Of a DNA stretch of 64,000 nt, positions 9,321 to 18,025 are shown piece by piece. Source of the stretch: an uncultured Candidatus Saccharibacteria bacterium (GTDB lineage Bacteria > Patescibacteriota > Minisyncoccia > Phycocordibacterales > PCTT01); assembly GCA_964566505.1 (NCBI GenBank), contig CAZMIM010000003.1:16463-80462 (forward strand), in the 5' to 3' direction. The position numbers and the translations under genes were made by a program. Positions within the stretch are counted from its first letter, which is position 1, and each line of letters opens with the position of its first letter. The notes beneath the pieces were generated by a model. That model was not told the DNA's origin and ran no database searches. It worked only from the letters and a program-made list of their open reading frames with translations.

Positions 9321-9719
9321 CTATATATGAAAAAGTGTTCTCACTTTTTCTTCCTCAGATTCCATTGTACTACCATGGTCAAACCCTTTCAAATGGAAAA
9401 GTCCGTGTATAAATAGGTATCCTGCAAATTTATCTTCTTCGCGTTCGAAGTCTCTTGCTTCGCGCTCGAGAGCATCTACATTTATAAAAATCTCTCCTGA
9501 TGTCTCAGAAAGCGGGAAAGAAAGCACATTAGTAGGGTAGTCTTTTTCGCGATATTCACGGTTGAGCTTTTGGCACTCATCGTCATCTACAAAAACAAGA
9601 CTTAGTTCGTACTCCTCACCAAGAATATGGTTTTTAATATCAAGAAATGGCACGCTGTCAAAAGAGAGCGTGCCGGGATCTGTGCGAGTTATTGAAAATG
9701 TCTCACTATTTCTTGTCAT
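9321..9719 (-). CDS. ybeY: rRNA maturation RNase YbeY
   Basis: LNREYREKDYPTNVLSF, IHGLFHLKGFDH. Confidence 0.94.
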   Translation of the reverse strand: MTRNSETFSITRTDPGTLSFDSVPFLDIKNHILGEEYELSLVFVDDDECQKLNREYREKDYPTNVLSFPLSETSGEIFINVDALEREARDFEREEDKFAGYLFIHGLFHLKGFDHGSTMESEEEKVRTLFHI

Positions 9720-9978
9720 TAGATAGAGTAGTAAGTGCGTAGTGTCGCTTGTTGTCTTTTAGTTTTCCAAGCTTGATGAGCTTTTCAGCTGCGTTTTGCT
9801 TTTTGATAGAACGAAGCGCTTGCTTTTTCTTCATATTAGAAGAAAGCTCTCGGCTTCGGTATCGCAATGACTTTGCCTTTCGCACCACACCTGATGAACG
9901 TGCGTGTCGAGAAAATCGCCGCATTACGCTTGCGGTGCTTTCATTGCTTTTTGCTTGTATATCGCTATTTACTGCCAT
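9706..9978 (-). CDS. Small basic protein, probable divergent 30S ribosomal protein bS21
   Basis: From ATG 9978: NESTASVMRRFSR...SSGVVRKAKSLRY, resembling the bS21 ESxExxLRRFKR pattern; very K/R-rich. Confidence 0.6.
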   Translation of the reverse strand: MAVNSDIQAKSNESTASVMRRFSRHARSSGVVRKAKSLRYRSRELSSNMKKKQALRSIKKQNAAEKLIKLGKLKDNKRHYALTTLSNDKK

Positions 9979-10018
9979 AGTAGAGCACAGATTACTATAC
10001 TTATACAAAGGACGCAAG

Positions 10019-11215
10019 CTACATTTTGCGCTCAATCCTTCGTAGGTATGTGAGGAGCTTTGGTATTGGCACGCTGTCTTGGTGGCGTGTTTCTACATTT
10101 CGTACAATTACTGCATTATCTTTCACTTCTTTTACACCCAAAATAATAGTATATGGAATCTCAAGCTTGTGTGCACGCTCGATCTGGTCTGTGAGACCAT
10201 CATGTACGAGCGATTGAGCTATAGAGATATTATTTTTTCTAAGAAGCTCAAGTAGGGTAAGGCTCATTCGCTTTGCCTCTGTGCCAAGGTGAATCAGATA
10301 GAAGTTTGGCACAGATACCTTTTTCATGTTGAGCTCTTTGTATGTCTCACTCTTTGTTCCAGAAAGATCAATATTTGCGCATACTGTAGGAATGTTTTTT
10401 CTACTTTGTTTGTTGTATACAAATCGGTTGAACCTCTCTCCACGAGCGACAACGCGCTCTTTCATGTTTTGACCTTTTCCTATTTGCTCTTTTATTACAA
10501 AAAGTGTTTGTGTTCCAAATTGTGGATTCTCTCCGATGAGGTCGCAATTTATCCTATATGGAGCATCAATCACTTCCATATACTCGAGAACATTTTTGAA
10601 ATGCTCACGACCTGCTTCTGAGAGATAGTTTATTGTGCGAGGTGCTTCATTTCGTACATGTGAACATGGTTCTTGGCCACACTCAGGCAGAATACTCAAA
10701 TCATTTTTCATTCGAGTGCGACAACAGTCTCCGATGGTGGTGATGTGTTTTCGGAAGTGTCCTCCATAATCGCGAAGAAAGTTTTTGTACGAAGCTCTGT
10801 CTCCAAGTGAGTTGATGTCGACTACCAAATTTTTCTTTCCATACTCACGAAGAGTTGAGAGCGCTGTTTGTATTATAAGAGCTTCTGCAATACCGCGTTT
10901 GCTTCCTATGATAAACAGATTCAGTCCACCATCTCCTTTTCTTTGGGCGCCTATTGTTTGGCATGCCATCAGTGGTTTTTGTGGAGAGTATGACTCGTTC
11001 TCTAGCTGCATATGACACACAGTCTTGTGCACAGGGTCTACATAAAACTCTTGGTGATATGTTTCTCTTTTTGAAAACTCCTTTCGTACTTCCTTTGGTA
11101 CACGAGGTGGTTTGATAAGAGCAAAGCCGTAGTGAGTCGCCACATCAACAGCATTTTTGTAAGGCCCTTTGTATGAATAGAGTGTATCTAGTGGATGTAG
11201 GTCTTCGTATCCCAT
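10019..11215 (-). CDS. Degenerate histidyl-tRNA synthetase-like protein with C-terminal anticodon-binding domain
   Basis: INSLGD, AP..INYLSE...EHFKNVLEYME, C-terminal QIERAHKLEIPYTIILGVKE; class II motifs 2 and 3 eroded. Confidence 0.75.
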   Translation of the reverse strand: MGYEDLHPLDTLYSYKGPYKNAVDVATHYGFALIKPPRVPKEVRKEFSKRETYHQEFYVDPVHKTVCHMQLENESYSPQKPLMACQTIGAQRKGDGGLNLFIIGSKRGIAEALIIQTALSTLREYGKKNLVVDINSLGDRASYKNFLRDYGGHFRKHITTIGDCCRTRMKNDLSILPECGQEPCSHVRNEAPRTINYLSEAGREHFKNVLEYMEVIDAPYRINCDLIGENPQFGTQTLFVIKEQIGKGQNMKERVVARGERFNRFVYNKQSRKNIPTVCANIDLSGTKSETYKELNMKKVSVPNFYLIHLGTEAKRMSLTLLELLRKNNISIAQSLVHDGLTDQIERAHKLEIPYTIILGVKEVKDNAVIVRNVETRHQDSVPIPKLLTYLRRIERKM

Positions 11216-11219
11216 AGCG

Positions 11220-11789
11220 CTACTCTGTTATGTGTTTACCTGGTCTTAGACCAATATCTTTTGGAGGAAGAAGGCGAACGAGCGGTGTGCCAACAATATA
11301 TTTCTCAGCAAGTGGTCCCCATAGTCGTGAGTCAGAGCTTCCGGCTCTGTTGTCTCCAAGTACGAAGTACTCTTTTTCTGAGAGTGTTTCTTCTACAGTG
11401 TCTTTGTGAGTGTGTGTTACATATGGTTCGTCGAGTGTGATTATAGAACCGTCTACTTTTATGACACGAACAACTCCATCAGTGATTTGTACTGTTTCTC
11501 CAGGTAGTCCTATGACTCTTTTGATAAAGTATTTAGATGTGTCCTTTGGATATTTAAAAATCACCACATCAAGACGCTCTGGCGCGTGTGTTCTGTATGA
11601 GATTTGATCGATTATTAGGTAGTCTCCGTTTTCAAATGTCGGATCCATTGATGCGCCACTCACAATAAACGGCTGTGCAATGAAAATCCGGATAGGGATG
11701 ACAACAAGAAGTGCAATGAGAAGCACTTTGACGAGTTCATTAAAAAATGAATCACCAGATTGAGTGTCATTACGTGGAGTTTGAAACAT
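11220..11789 (-). CDS. lepB: Signal peptidase I
   Basis: VSGASMDPTF, FIKRVIGLPGE, GDNRAGSSDSR; start taken at ATG 11789. Confidence 0.95.
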   Translation of the reverse strand: MFQTPRNDTQSGDSFFNELVKVLLIALLVVIPIRIFIAQPFIVSGASMDPTFENGDYLIIDQISYRTHAPERLDVVIFKYPKDTSKYFIKRVIGLPGETVQITDGVVRVIKVDGSIITLDEPYVTHTHKDTVEETLSEKEYFVLGDNRAGSSDSRLWGPLAEKYIVGTPLVRLLPPKDIGLRPGKHITE

Positions 11790-11899
11790 TGGACATATTG
11801 TATTACACAAATTCTTTGATACAAAATTTTTTCTACATATCACCACACAGATTTTAAAACTCAAACACGCACATCATGTACTGGGGTATAATAAAGAAT

Positions 11900-12460
11900 A
11901 TGTTTTTAGTGGTAGGACTTGGAAATAAAGGAACGCGTTATGAAAATACCAGACACAATGCTGGGTTTATTGTCGTGGATGAAATACAAAAAGGAAAAAC
12001 ATGGGAGCACTCGAGCACATGCAACCTCATGTATAGCTGGGATGGAAGTACGGAGTACATAAAACCACTGACAATGATGAATCTTTCAGGTGAGGCAGTG
12101 TCGTGTGCGATGCGAAAGCACGATATTTATTCCGAGGAGGTGATTGTAGTGTATGACGATATTGATTTGCCTTTTGGAGAGTGGAAGATTTCTTTTGCAC
12201 GAAGTAGTGGGGGACACAATGGGGTGAAATCGGTGGAAGAGATGCTTGATACAAATAGGTTTGTACGGATTAGGGTAGGTATTGCACCCACAACTCTTTT
12301 TGGAAAAAAGAAAAAGCCGTCGGTAGTAGATAGATATGTTCTCGGACCATTTCCAAAAGGGAAGGTGAAAGCACTTCAAAAGATGGCGCCCGAGATACAA
12401 GAGGCGATAGAGACTATTATCAAAGACGGGCGAGAGGTCGCGATGAATAAATATAATTAA
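11900..12460 (+). CDS. pth: Peptidyl-tRNA hydrolase
   Basis: VGLGN, TRHNAGF, MNLSG, GGHNG; start at ATG 11900, 7 nt after TATAAT. Confidence 0.96.
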   Translation: MFLVVGLGNKGTRYENTRHNAGFIVVDEIQKGKTWEHSSTCNLMYSWDGSTEYIKPLTMMNLSGEAVSCAMRKHDIYSEEVIVVYDDIDLPFGEWKISFARSSGGHNGVKSVEEMLDTNRFVRIRVGIAPTTLFGKKKKPSVVDRYVLGPFPKGKVKALQKMAPEIQEAIETIIKDGREVAMNKYN

Positions 12461-13189
12461 ATGCTCGACACAATATTGGCTGATGTCATTCCTGTTCCTA
12501 AGGAAAGTGACGATTATATTGTCAGAAGTAAGTGGCATAAAAAAAGTGACTCAGATACTCTGTATGTGATTGTTCCTCCCTGGAGGGGAAGCAAGGACTA
12601 TTTTAAAAATATACGTCATGAGATTTTAGAGGAGAAAAAGGCCTCTATTATTCAGTATGATTTTTCATCAAAAATATTAAGTGAAGATGTTGAAGGTACG
12701 GTGAAATATTTTCATTTTGTTGCGGATACTTTAAGTACAGAGATAAATTCTTTGGTAAATGAATATAAATTTAAAAATGTTGTTATTTTAGGAATTAGCC
12801 TTGGGGCTGTGTCCGCCTCAATGATTGCTGGGTGCAATGAGAATATTAAAAAAATTATTTTAGTTTTACCTGGAGCTAGTCTTGCTGAGTCATTATGGAA
12901 TGGGGAAAGGACACAAAATCTTAGGAATAGCCTTGTTGAGAAAGGCGTTACATTAGAGCAACTAAAAAAAGCTTGGCAGTTACTTGCTCCAGAAGAATAT
13001 GTAGAAGAATTTAAAGGAAAAGAAGTTGTGATACATCTGAGTAAGGCGGACAAAATAATACCTTATTCTTTAGGAAAGAGATTGGTGGATAAAATAAGAA
13101 ATACAGGAACAGAAGTAACCTTAATTGAAAATTCATTTTTGGGACACTATTTGACTGTTTTAAAATTTTTTCTGTTTCCAAAAATCTGA
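12461..13189 (+). CDS. Alpha/beta hydrolase fold protein
   Basis: GISLG nucleophile elbow, ADKIIP acid, LGHY histidine; AT-richer than neighbours. Confidence 0.7.
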   Translation: MLDTILADVIPVPKESDDYIVRSKWHKKSDSDTLYVIVPPWRGSKDYFKNIRHEILEEKKASIIQYDFSSKILSEDVEGTVKYFHFVADTLSTEINSLVNEYKFKNVVILGISLGAVSASMIAGCNENIKKIILVLPGASLAESLWNGERTQNLRNSLVEKGVTLEQLKKAWQLLAPEEYVEEFKGKEVVIHLSKADKIIPYSLGKRLVDKIRNTGTEVTLIENSFLGHYLTVLKFFLFPKI

Positions 13190-13278
13190 ACGGCTCATTT
13201 TCAAAATGAGCCATTGGAAATGGCTACAAAGAGCCATATAAAAACTCAACGGCTCAACTTCTAGAAGTTGAGCCGTTG
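13189..13278. repeat. Cluster of three REP-like palindromes (AACGGCTCA...TGAGCCGTT family)
   Basis: 13189..13215 AACGGCTCATTTTCAAAATGAGCCATT; 13219..13237 AATGGCTACAAAGAGCCAT; 13247..13278 CAACGGCTCAACTTCTAGAAGTTGAGCCGTTG. Confidence 0.75.
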
Positions 13279-13302
13279 AAAGTTTTTGTTTAATTGAGAA
13301 TC

Positions 13303-14424
13303 TTATTCTGATTTCTTTGGAGCATTCTCGTATGAGAGTGCCATTTTTCTCTCGTTTGGTTCAAATAGAGAGATGGTAAATGGATAGCTCTTTCCGAGCT
13401 CGAGTGCTTCGCGAAGCGCCTCTTCTGTTCCAAACTCACTTACATGCACAAGTCCGGCAACACCTTCCTCGATACTTGCAAGCGCACCATGTTTGTTGAA
13501 CTTGATAATCACACCAGTAACTTCTTGTCCCTTGGCATATTTATCTTGTGCATCCTTCCATGGATTTTCTTTGAGTGCTTTCACAGATAGAGAAATCTTT
13601 CCGTCTTTCACTTCAATAATTTTTGCTTTTACCTTTTCTCCAACTTTGAAGAGTTGTTTTGGATCTTCTACAAGACCCCAGTCAAGCTCTGAGATGTGCG
13701 CAAGACCTTCTAGACCTTCTTCAATCTTGATGAATACTCCGAAGTCCACAATACCAGTGATTGAACCTTCAACGGTGTCACCAACATTGTATTGTCGTGC
13801 AATCTCAGTCTGCTCTTTCTTGTCAGAGCTCTTCTCTGAGAAGATAAGCTTTCCTTCTTTTGGAGATGCTGTGATGATAGATACAGAGATTTTTTGCCCC
13901 ACAAGCTCTTTGAGCTCCATAAGGATTTTGTCTTTGTCTCCATCTTCTACGCGAGGGTAGTGCTCAGGCTTTAGCTGTGATGCTGGAAGGAATCCGCTCA
14001 CACCTTGCCACTCCATCATAAGACCACCTTTGTTTGCTTCTTTAACCACAAGATCAAATGTAGTTCCTGATTTGATAGCTTCTTCTGCCTCTCCCCAAAT
14101 AATCGCTTGTCGAGCTTCCTTGAGTGATAGCTCTATATATCCGTCCTCATTTTCAAGATCAACCACCTTAGCAGCGATTGTATCTCCAATATTTATGTTT
14201 CGGATAATGTCACGAGCAGCGATAAACTCTCGTCCATAGATGATTCCGGTACCATGCGGTGCAAGGTCAATATAAATACTTGCTTTGTCGATGGCGATAA
14301 CTGGTCCTTCAACCATTTCACCAACTGCTGGTGGAATCTTTGATTCGCTAAAGAAGCTTCCCATTACGGTTTTTGCTTTCTTTGCTACTGAATCAACCTC
14401 TTTTGTATTTGTTGTTTCTGACAT
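13303..14424 (-). CDS. rpsA: 30S ribosomal protein S1 (four S1 domains)
   Basis: Repeated S1 motifs: GFLPASQL, FGVFI..EGLAHISEL, GLVHVSE. Confidence 0.9.
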   Translation of the reverse strand: MSETTNTKEVDSVAKKAKTVMGSFFSESKIPPAVGEMVEGPVIAIDKASIYIDLAPHGTGIIYGREFIAARDIIRNINIGDTIAAKVVDLENEDGYIELSLKEARQAIIWGEAEEAIKSGTTFDLVVKEANKGGLMMEWQGVSGFLPASQLKPEHYPRVEDGDKDKILMELKELVGQKISVSIITASPKEGKLIFSEKSSDKKEQTEIARQYNVGDTVEGSITGIVDFGVFIKIEEGLEGLAHISELDWGLVEDPKQLFKVGEKVKAKIIEVKDGKISLSVKALKENPWKDAQDKYAKGQEVTGVIIKFNKHGALASIEEGVAGLVHVSEFGTEEALREALELGKSYPFTISLFEPNERKMALSYENAPKKSE

Positions 14425-14840
14425 ATATGAAAAAAGAATATATGTTCACATACGCGCCATTTGCTTTCGTTTGCGTGCATATGAGGGTTACATATACCTC
14501 GTTTTCTAGTAATAAGCACATATATAATGTGCGAAGGTGAGTATAGCACAAGGCAAGCCAAATACAATACTATATATATGAAGGGTTACTATTCCACATT
14601 TTGTGTTGAAAACGCTTGTTTTTTCTAAAAATACATGTATACTGTGCGACAAGAAGATTTAGAAAAAGATTGAGTTGAGGAACAGTCTTTTAAAGCCCAT
14701 TTGTAGGTGTGGGTGCAGCTCGTATATTTTCTATATAAGGCGGGGTGTAAAAAACTACTTTTTTATAAATCACAAAATGAGAGGAGACAGAGCCTTTGAG
14801 GGTATCTGTGTCGTTTCTTTTTTACAAAGAACACAAATAT

Positions 14841-17800
14841 ATGCAACAAAAAGTGTTTTCGCGGTACAAAAAACCGCTGACTTCGTATCCTAACTTTGTT
14901 GAAAACCAGCTCAGTTCATACACTGACCTTGTGGAGAAAGGTATTGCAGACCTTTTCCGAGAGTTTTCACCAATCGAGGACTATTCAGGGAAGAAATTCC
15001 TTTTCGAATTCAAAAGCATTGAGCTAGGAGAGCCAAAGTTTGATGAATTCTACGCAAAGCGTGAGCAACTTACATATGACGCACCGCTTCGCGCAAAGGT
15101 AAAGCTTACAAATAAGCAACTAGGGACAGAGAAAGAGCAAGAAATCTTTATTGCCGACTTCCCAATGCAGACAGACCACGGAACGTTCATTATCAATGGT
15201 ATTGAGCGTGTAATCGTGCCACAGCTTATCCGTTCATTCGGAGTACTTTTCAATATTAATGAAGTACGTGGAAAGCGAAAATTTGGTGCAAAGATTATTC
15301 CTGCACGGGGTGCATGGGTAGAGTTTGAGACCGATCACAACGACGCAATGTTTGTTCGTATCGATCGAAAGCGAAAATTCCCAATCACATCATTTTTGCG
15401 AATCTTTGGAGTAGATAGCGTGGAAGACATGAAGAAACTCTTCAAAGGAAATGACGATGTTCTAAAAACACTCGAGGCTTCACTCGAGCGAGACACTGCA
15501 GAATCAACAGAAGATGCATATGTAGAGGTGTACCGAAAACTTCGAGAAGGAGATATTGTGTCACCTGCAAACGCAAAAGAGTACATCGATGGACTCTTCA
15601 GCGAAGAACGATACGATCTATCAGAGGTAGGACGGTTCCGATTCAACCAACGATTTGGACGAGGAACAGAGAAGAAGGATCTCAACAAGCGAATCGTTGA
15701 TATTGAAGATATCAAGGAGATTATCGCCAACATCGTAAAGCTCAACAACACTCCAGGAGCAACAGAGGATGATATTGATCACCTTGGTTCACGACGAGTA
15801 CGGTTTGTAGGAGAGCTTCTAGAGCAAAGAATGCGTGTTGGTATGACACGAATGAAGCGAAACCTTCAGGACCGAATGTCTACTATCGACTCAGAGACAA
15901 CGCTCCCAATCCAATTCATTAACCCACGACCACTCCAAGCTGCAATCAAGGAGTTCTTTGCAACAAACCAACTTTCACAGTTCATGCAACAAGACAACAC
16001 TCTCCAAGAGATTGAGCACCTACGAACACTTTCAGCTCTTGGGCCAGGAGGTCTTACACGAGAGCGAGCTGGGTTTGAGGTACGAGACGTACACCCATCT
16101 CACTACGGACGAGTATGTCCAATCCACACACCAGAAGGTCCAAACATTGGACTTGTACTTCACCTTGCAACATATGCACGGGTAAATCATTTTGGAATGA
16201 TTGAGACACCATATGCGAGAGTAAAGAATGGAAAAGTTACAGACGAGATTGTGTACATGAACGCATACGAAGAAGAAGACAAAAAGATTGCACACGCAGC
16301 AACACCATATGATGACAGCGGTAAAATCACTGTTGATTTGGTAGAGGTGCGATACCAAGGTGCTCCACGAGTATTTCCTAAAAAGGATGTTGATTTTATT
16401 GATGTGGCTACAAATCAGGCCTTTTCAGTAGCAACATCTATGATTCCATTTCTTAACCACGACGACGCGGCTCGAGCACTCATGGGGTCAAACATGCAAA
16501 AACAAGCAACGCCATGTATCGTGCCAAGCGCACCATTGGTGGCAACAGGTATTGAAGAGCAAGCTGCTCGAGATACAGGACGACTTGTATATGCAAAGAA
16601 TCCAGGAAAGGTAACAGCAGTAGACGCACGAAAGGTTGTTGTAAAAAATACTAAAGGAAAAGACGACACATATAACCTTGTAAACTTTTCAAGAACAAAC
16701 GCAGCTAGCGCATTCCACCAACGACCAGTAGTAAATGTTGGAGACTCAGTAAAGAAAGGTGATCTACTTGCGGACACATCATCTTCAGATAAAGGACAAA
16801 CAGCGATTGGTCAAAACCTTCGCGTTGCCTTTATGACATGGAATGGAGCAAACTACGAGGACGCGATTATTATTTCACAGCGACTTGTAAAAGACTCAAC
16901 ACTCACATCTATTCATGTTGAGGAGTTTACTGTAAACGTTCGAGACACAAAGCTTGGGCCGGAAGTAACGACTCATGACATTCCAAACGTAGGAGAGAGC
17001 AAGCTCAAAAACCTAGACGAAGACGGAATTGTACGAATCGGAGCAGAGGTACGACCTGGAGATATTCTTGTTGGAAAGATTACTCCAAAGGGAGAGACAC
17101 AGCTCACTCCAGAGGAGCGACTTCTTCGTTCTATCTTTGGTGAAAAAGCACGAGACGTAAAAGACTCTTCACTTCGAATGGAGAACGGAAAGCAAGGACG
17201 TGTAATCGGTGTAAAGGTATTTTCTCGAGACAATGGAGACAACCTACAATCAGGAATCATCAAAAAGATTCATATTGAAGTTGCACAGCTTCGAGCTATC
17301 TCTGTAGGAGACAAGCTTGCTGGACGACACGGAAACAAGGGAGTTATCTCAACAATACTTCCTGAGGAGGACATGCCATACATGGAAGACGGAACTCCAA
17401 TCGATATTATTTTGACACCACTTGGAGTGCCAAGCCGAATGAACCTTGGACAGATTCTTGAGCTTCACCTTGGACTTGCAGCACACACACTCAACTATCA
17501 AGCAGTAGTACCACCATTTGTTGGTGCTCAAGATGTTGAGATTGCTGATGAGCTTGAAGAAGCTGGATACCCACGAGACGGAAAGGTAACACTATTTGAC
17601 GGACGAACAGGACGGGCATTTGATCAGCGAATCTCAATGGGGTACATGTACATGCTCAAGCTTCACCACATGGTAGAAGACAAGATTCACCAACGATCAA
17701 TTGGTCCATACTCACTCATTACTCAGCAACCTCTCGGAGGACGAGCACAAAACGGAGGACAACGATTTGGAGAAATGGAGGTGTGGGCACTATTGGGATA

Positions 17801-17996
17801 CGGAGCGGCATACACACTGCGAGAAGTTTTGACAATCAAATCAGATGACATCTTGGGACGTTCAAGCGCCTTTGATTCAATCGTAAAGGGTCGAGATATT
17901 AAACACTCTAATATTCCTGCTTCATTCAATGTGCTTCTAAACAACTTGCGAGCACTTGCGCTCAATGTAGAGCTCAAAGAAACAGCAAACGACTAA
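14841..17996 (+). CDS. rpoB: DNA-directed RNA polymerase subunit beta
   Basis: GPGGLTRERAGFEVRDVH, TPEGPNIGL, GDKLAGRHGNKG, GGQRFGEME; start at ATG 14841. Confidence 0.98.
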   Translation: MQQKVFSRYKKPLTSYPNFVENQLSSYTDLVEKGIADLFREFSPIEDYSGKKFLFEFKSIELGEPKFDEFYAKREQLTYDAPLRAKVKLTNKQLGTEKEQEIFIADFPMQTDHGTFIINGIERVIVPQLIRSFGVLFNINEVRGKRKFGAKIIPARGAWVEFETDHNDAMFVRIDRKRKFPITSFLRIFGVDSVEDMKKLFKGNDDVLKTLEASLERDTAESTEDAYVEVYRKLREGDIVSPANAKEYIDGLFSEERYDLSEVGRFRFNQRFGRGTEKKDLNKRIVDIEDIKEIIANIVKLNNTPGATEDDIDHLGSRRVRFVGELLEQRMRVGMTRMKRNLQDRMSTIDSETTLPIQFINPRPLQAAIKEFFATNQLSQFMQQDNTLQEIEHLRTLSALGPGGLTRERAGFEVRDVHPSHYGRVCPIHTPEGPNIGLVLHLATYARVNHFGMIETPYARVKNGKVTDEIVYMNAYEEEDKKIAHAATPYDDSGKITVDLVEVRYQGAPRVFPKKDVDFIDVATNQAFSVATSMIPFLNHDDAARALMGSNMQKQATPCIVPSAPLVATGIEEQAARDTGRLVYAKNPGKVTAVDARKVVVKNTKGKDDTYNLVNFSRTNAASAFHQRPVVNVGDSVKKGDLLADTSSSDKGQTAIGQNLRVAFMTWNGANYEDAIIISQRLVKDSTLTSIHVEEFTVNVRDTKLGPEVTTHDIPNVGESKLKNLDEDGIVRIGAEVRPGDILVGKITPKGETQLTPEERLLRSIFGEKARDVKDSSLRMENGKQGRVIGVKVFSRDNGDNLQSGIIKKIHIEVAQLRAISVGDKLAGRHGNKGVISTILPEEDMPYMEDGTPIDIILTPLGVPSRMNLGQILELHLGLAAHTLNYQAVVPPFVGAQDVEIADELEEAGYPRDGKVTLFDGRTGRAFDQRISMGYMYMLKLHHMVEDKIHQRSIGPYSLITQQPLGGRAQNGGQRFGEMEVWALLGYGAAYTLREVLTIKSDDILGRSSAFDSIVKGRDIKHSNIPASFNVLLNNLRALALNVELKETAND

Positions 17997-18025
17997 GCAT
18001 TTAAAGGAAGCACTAAGAAACTATT

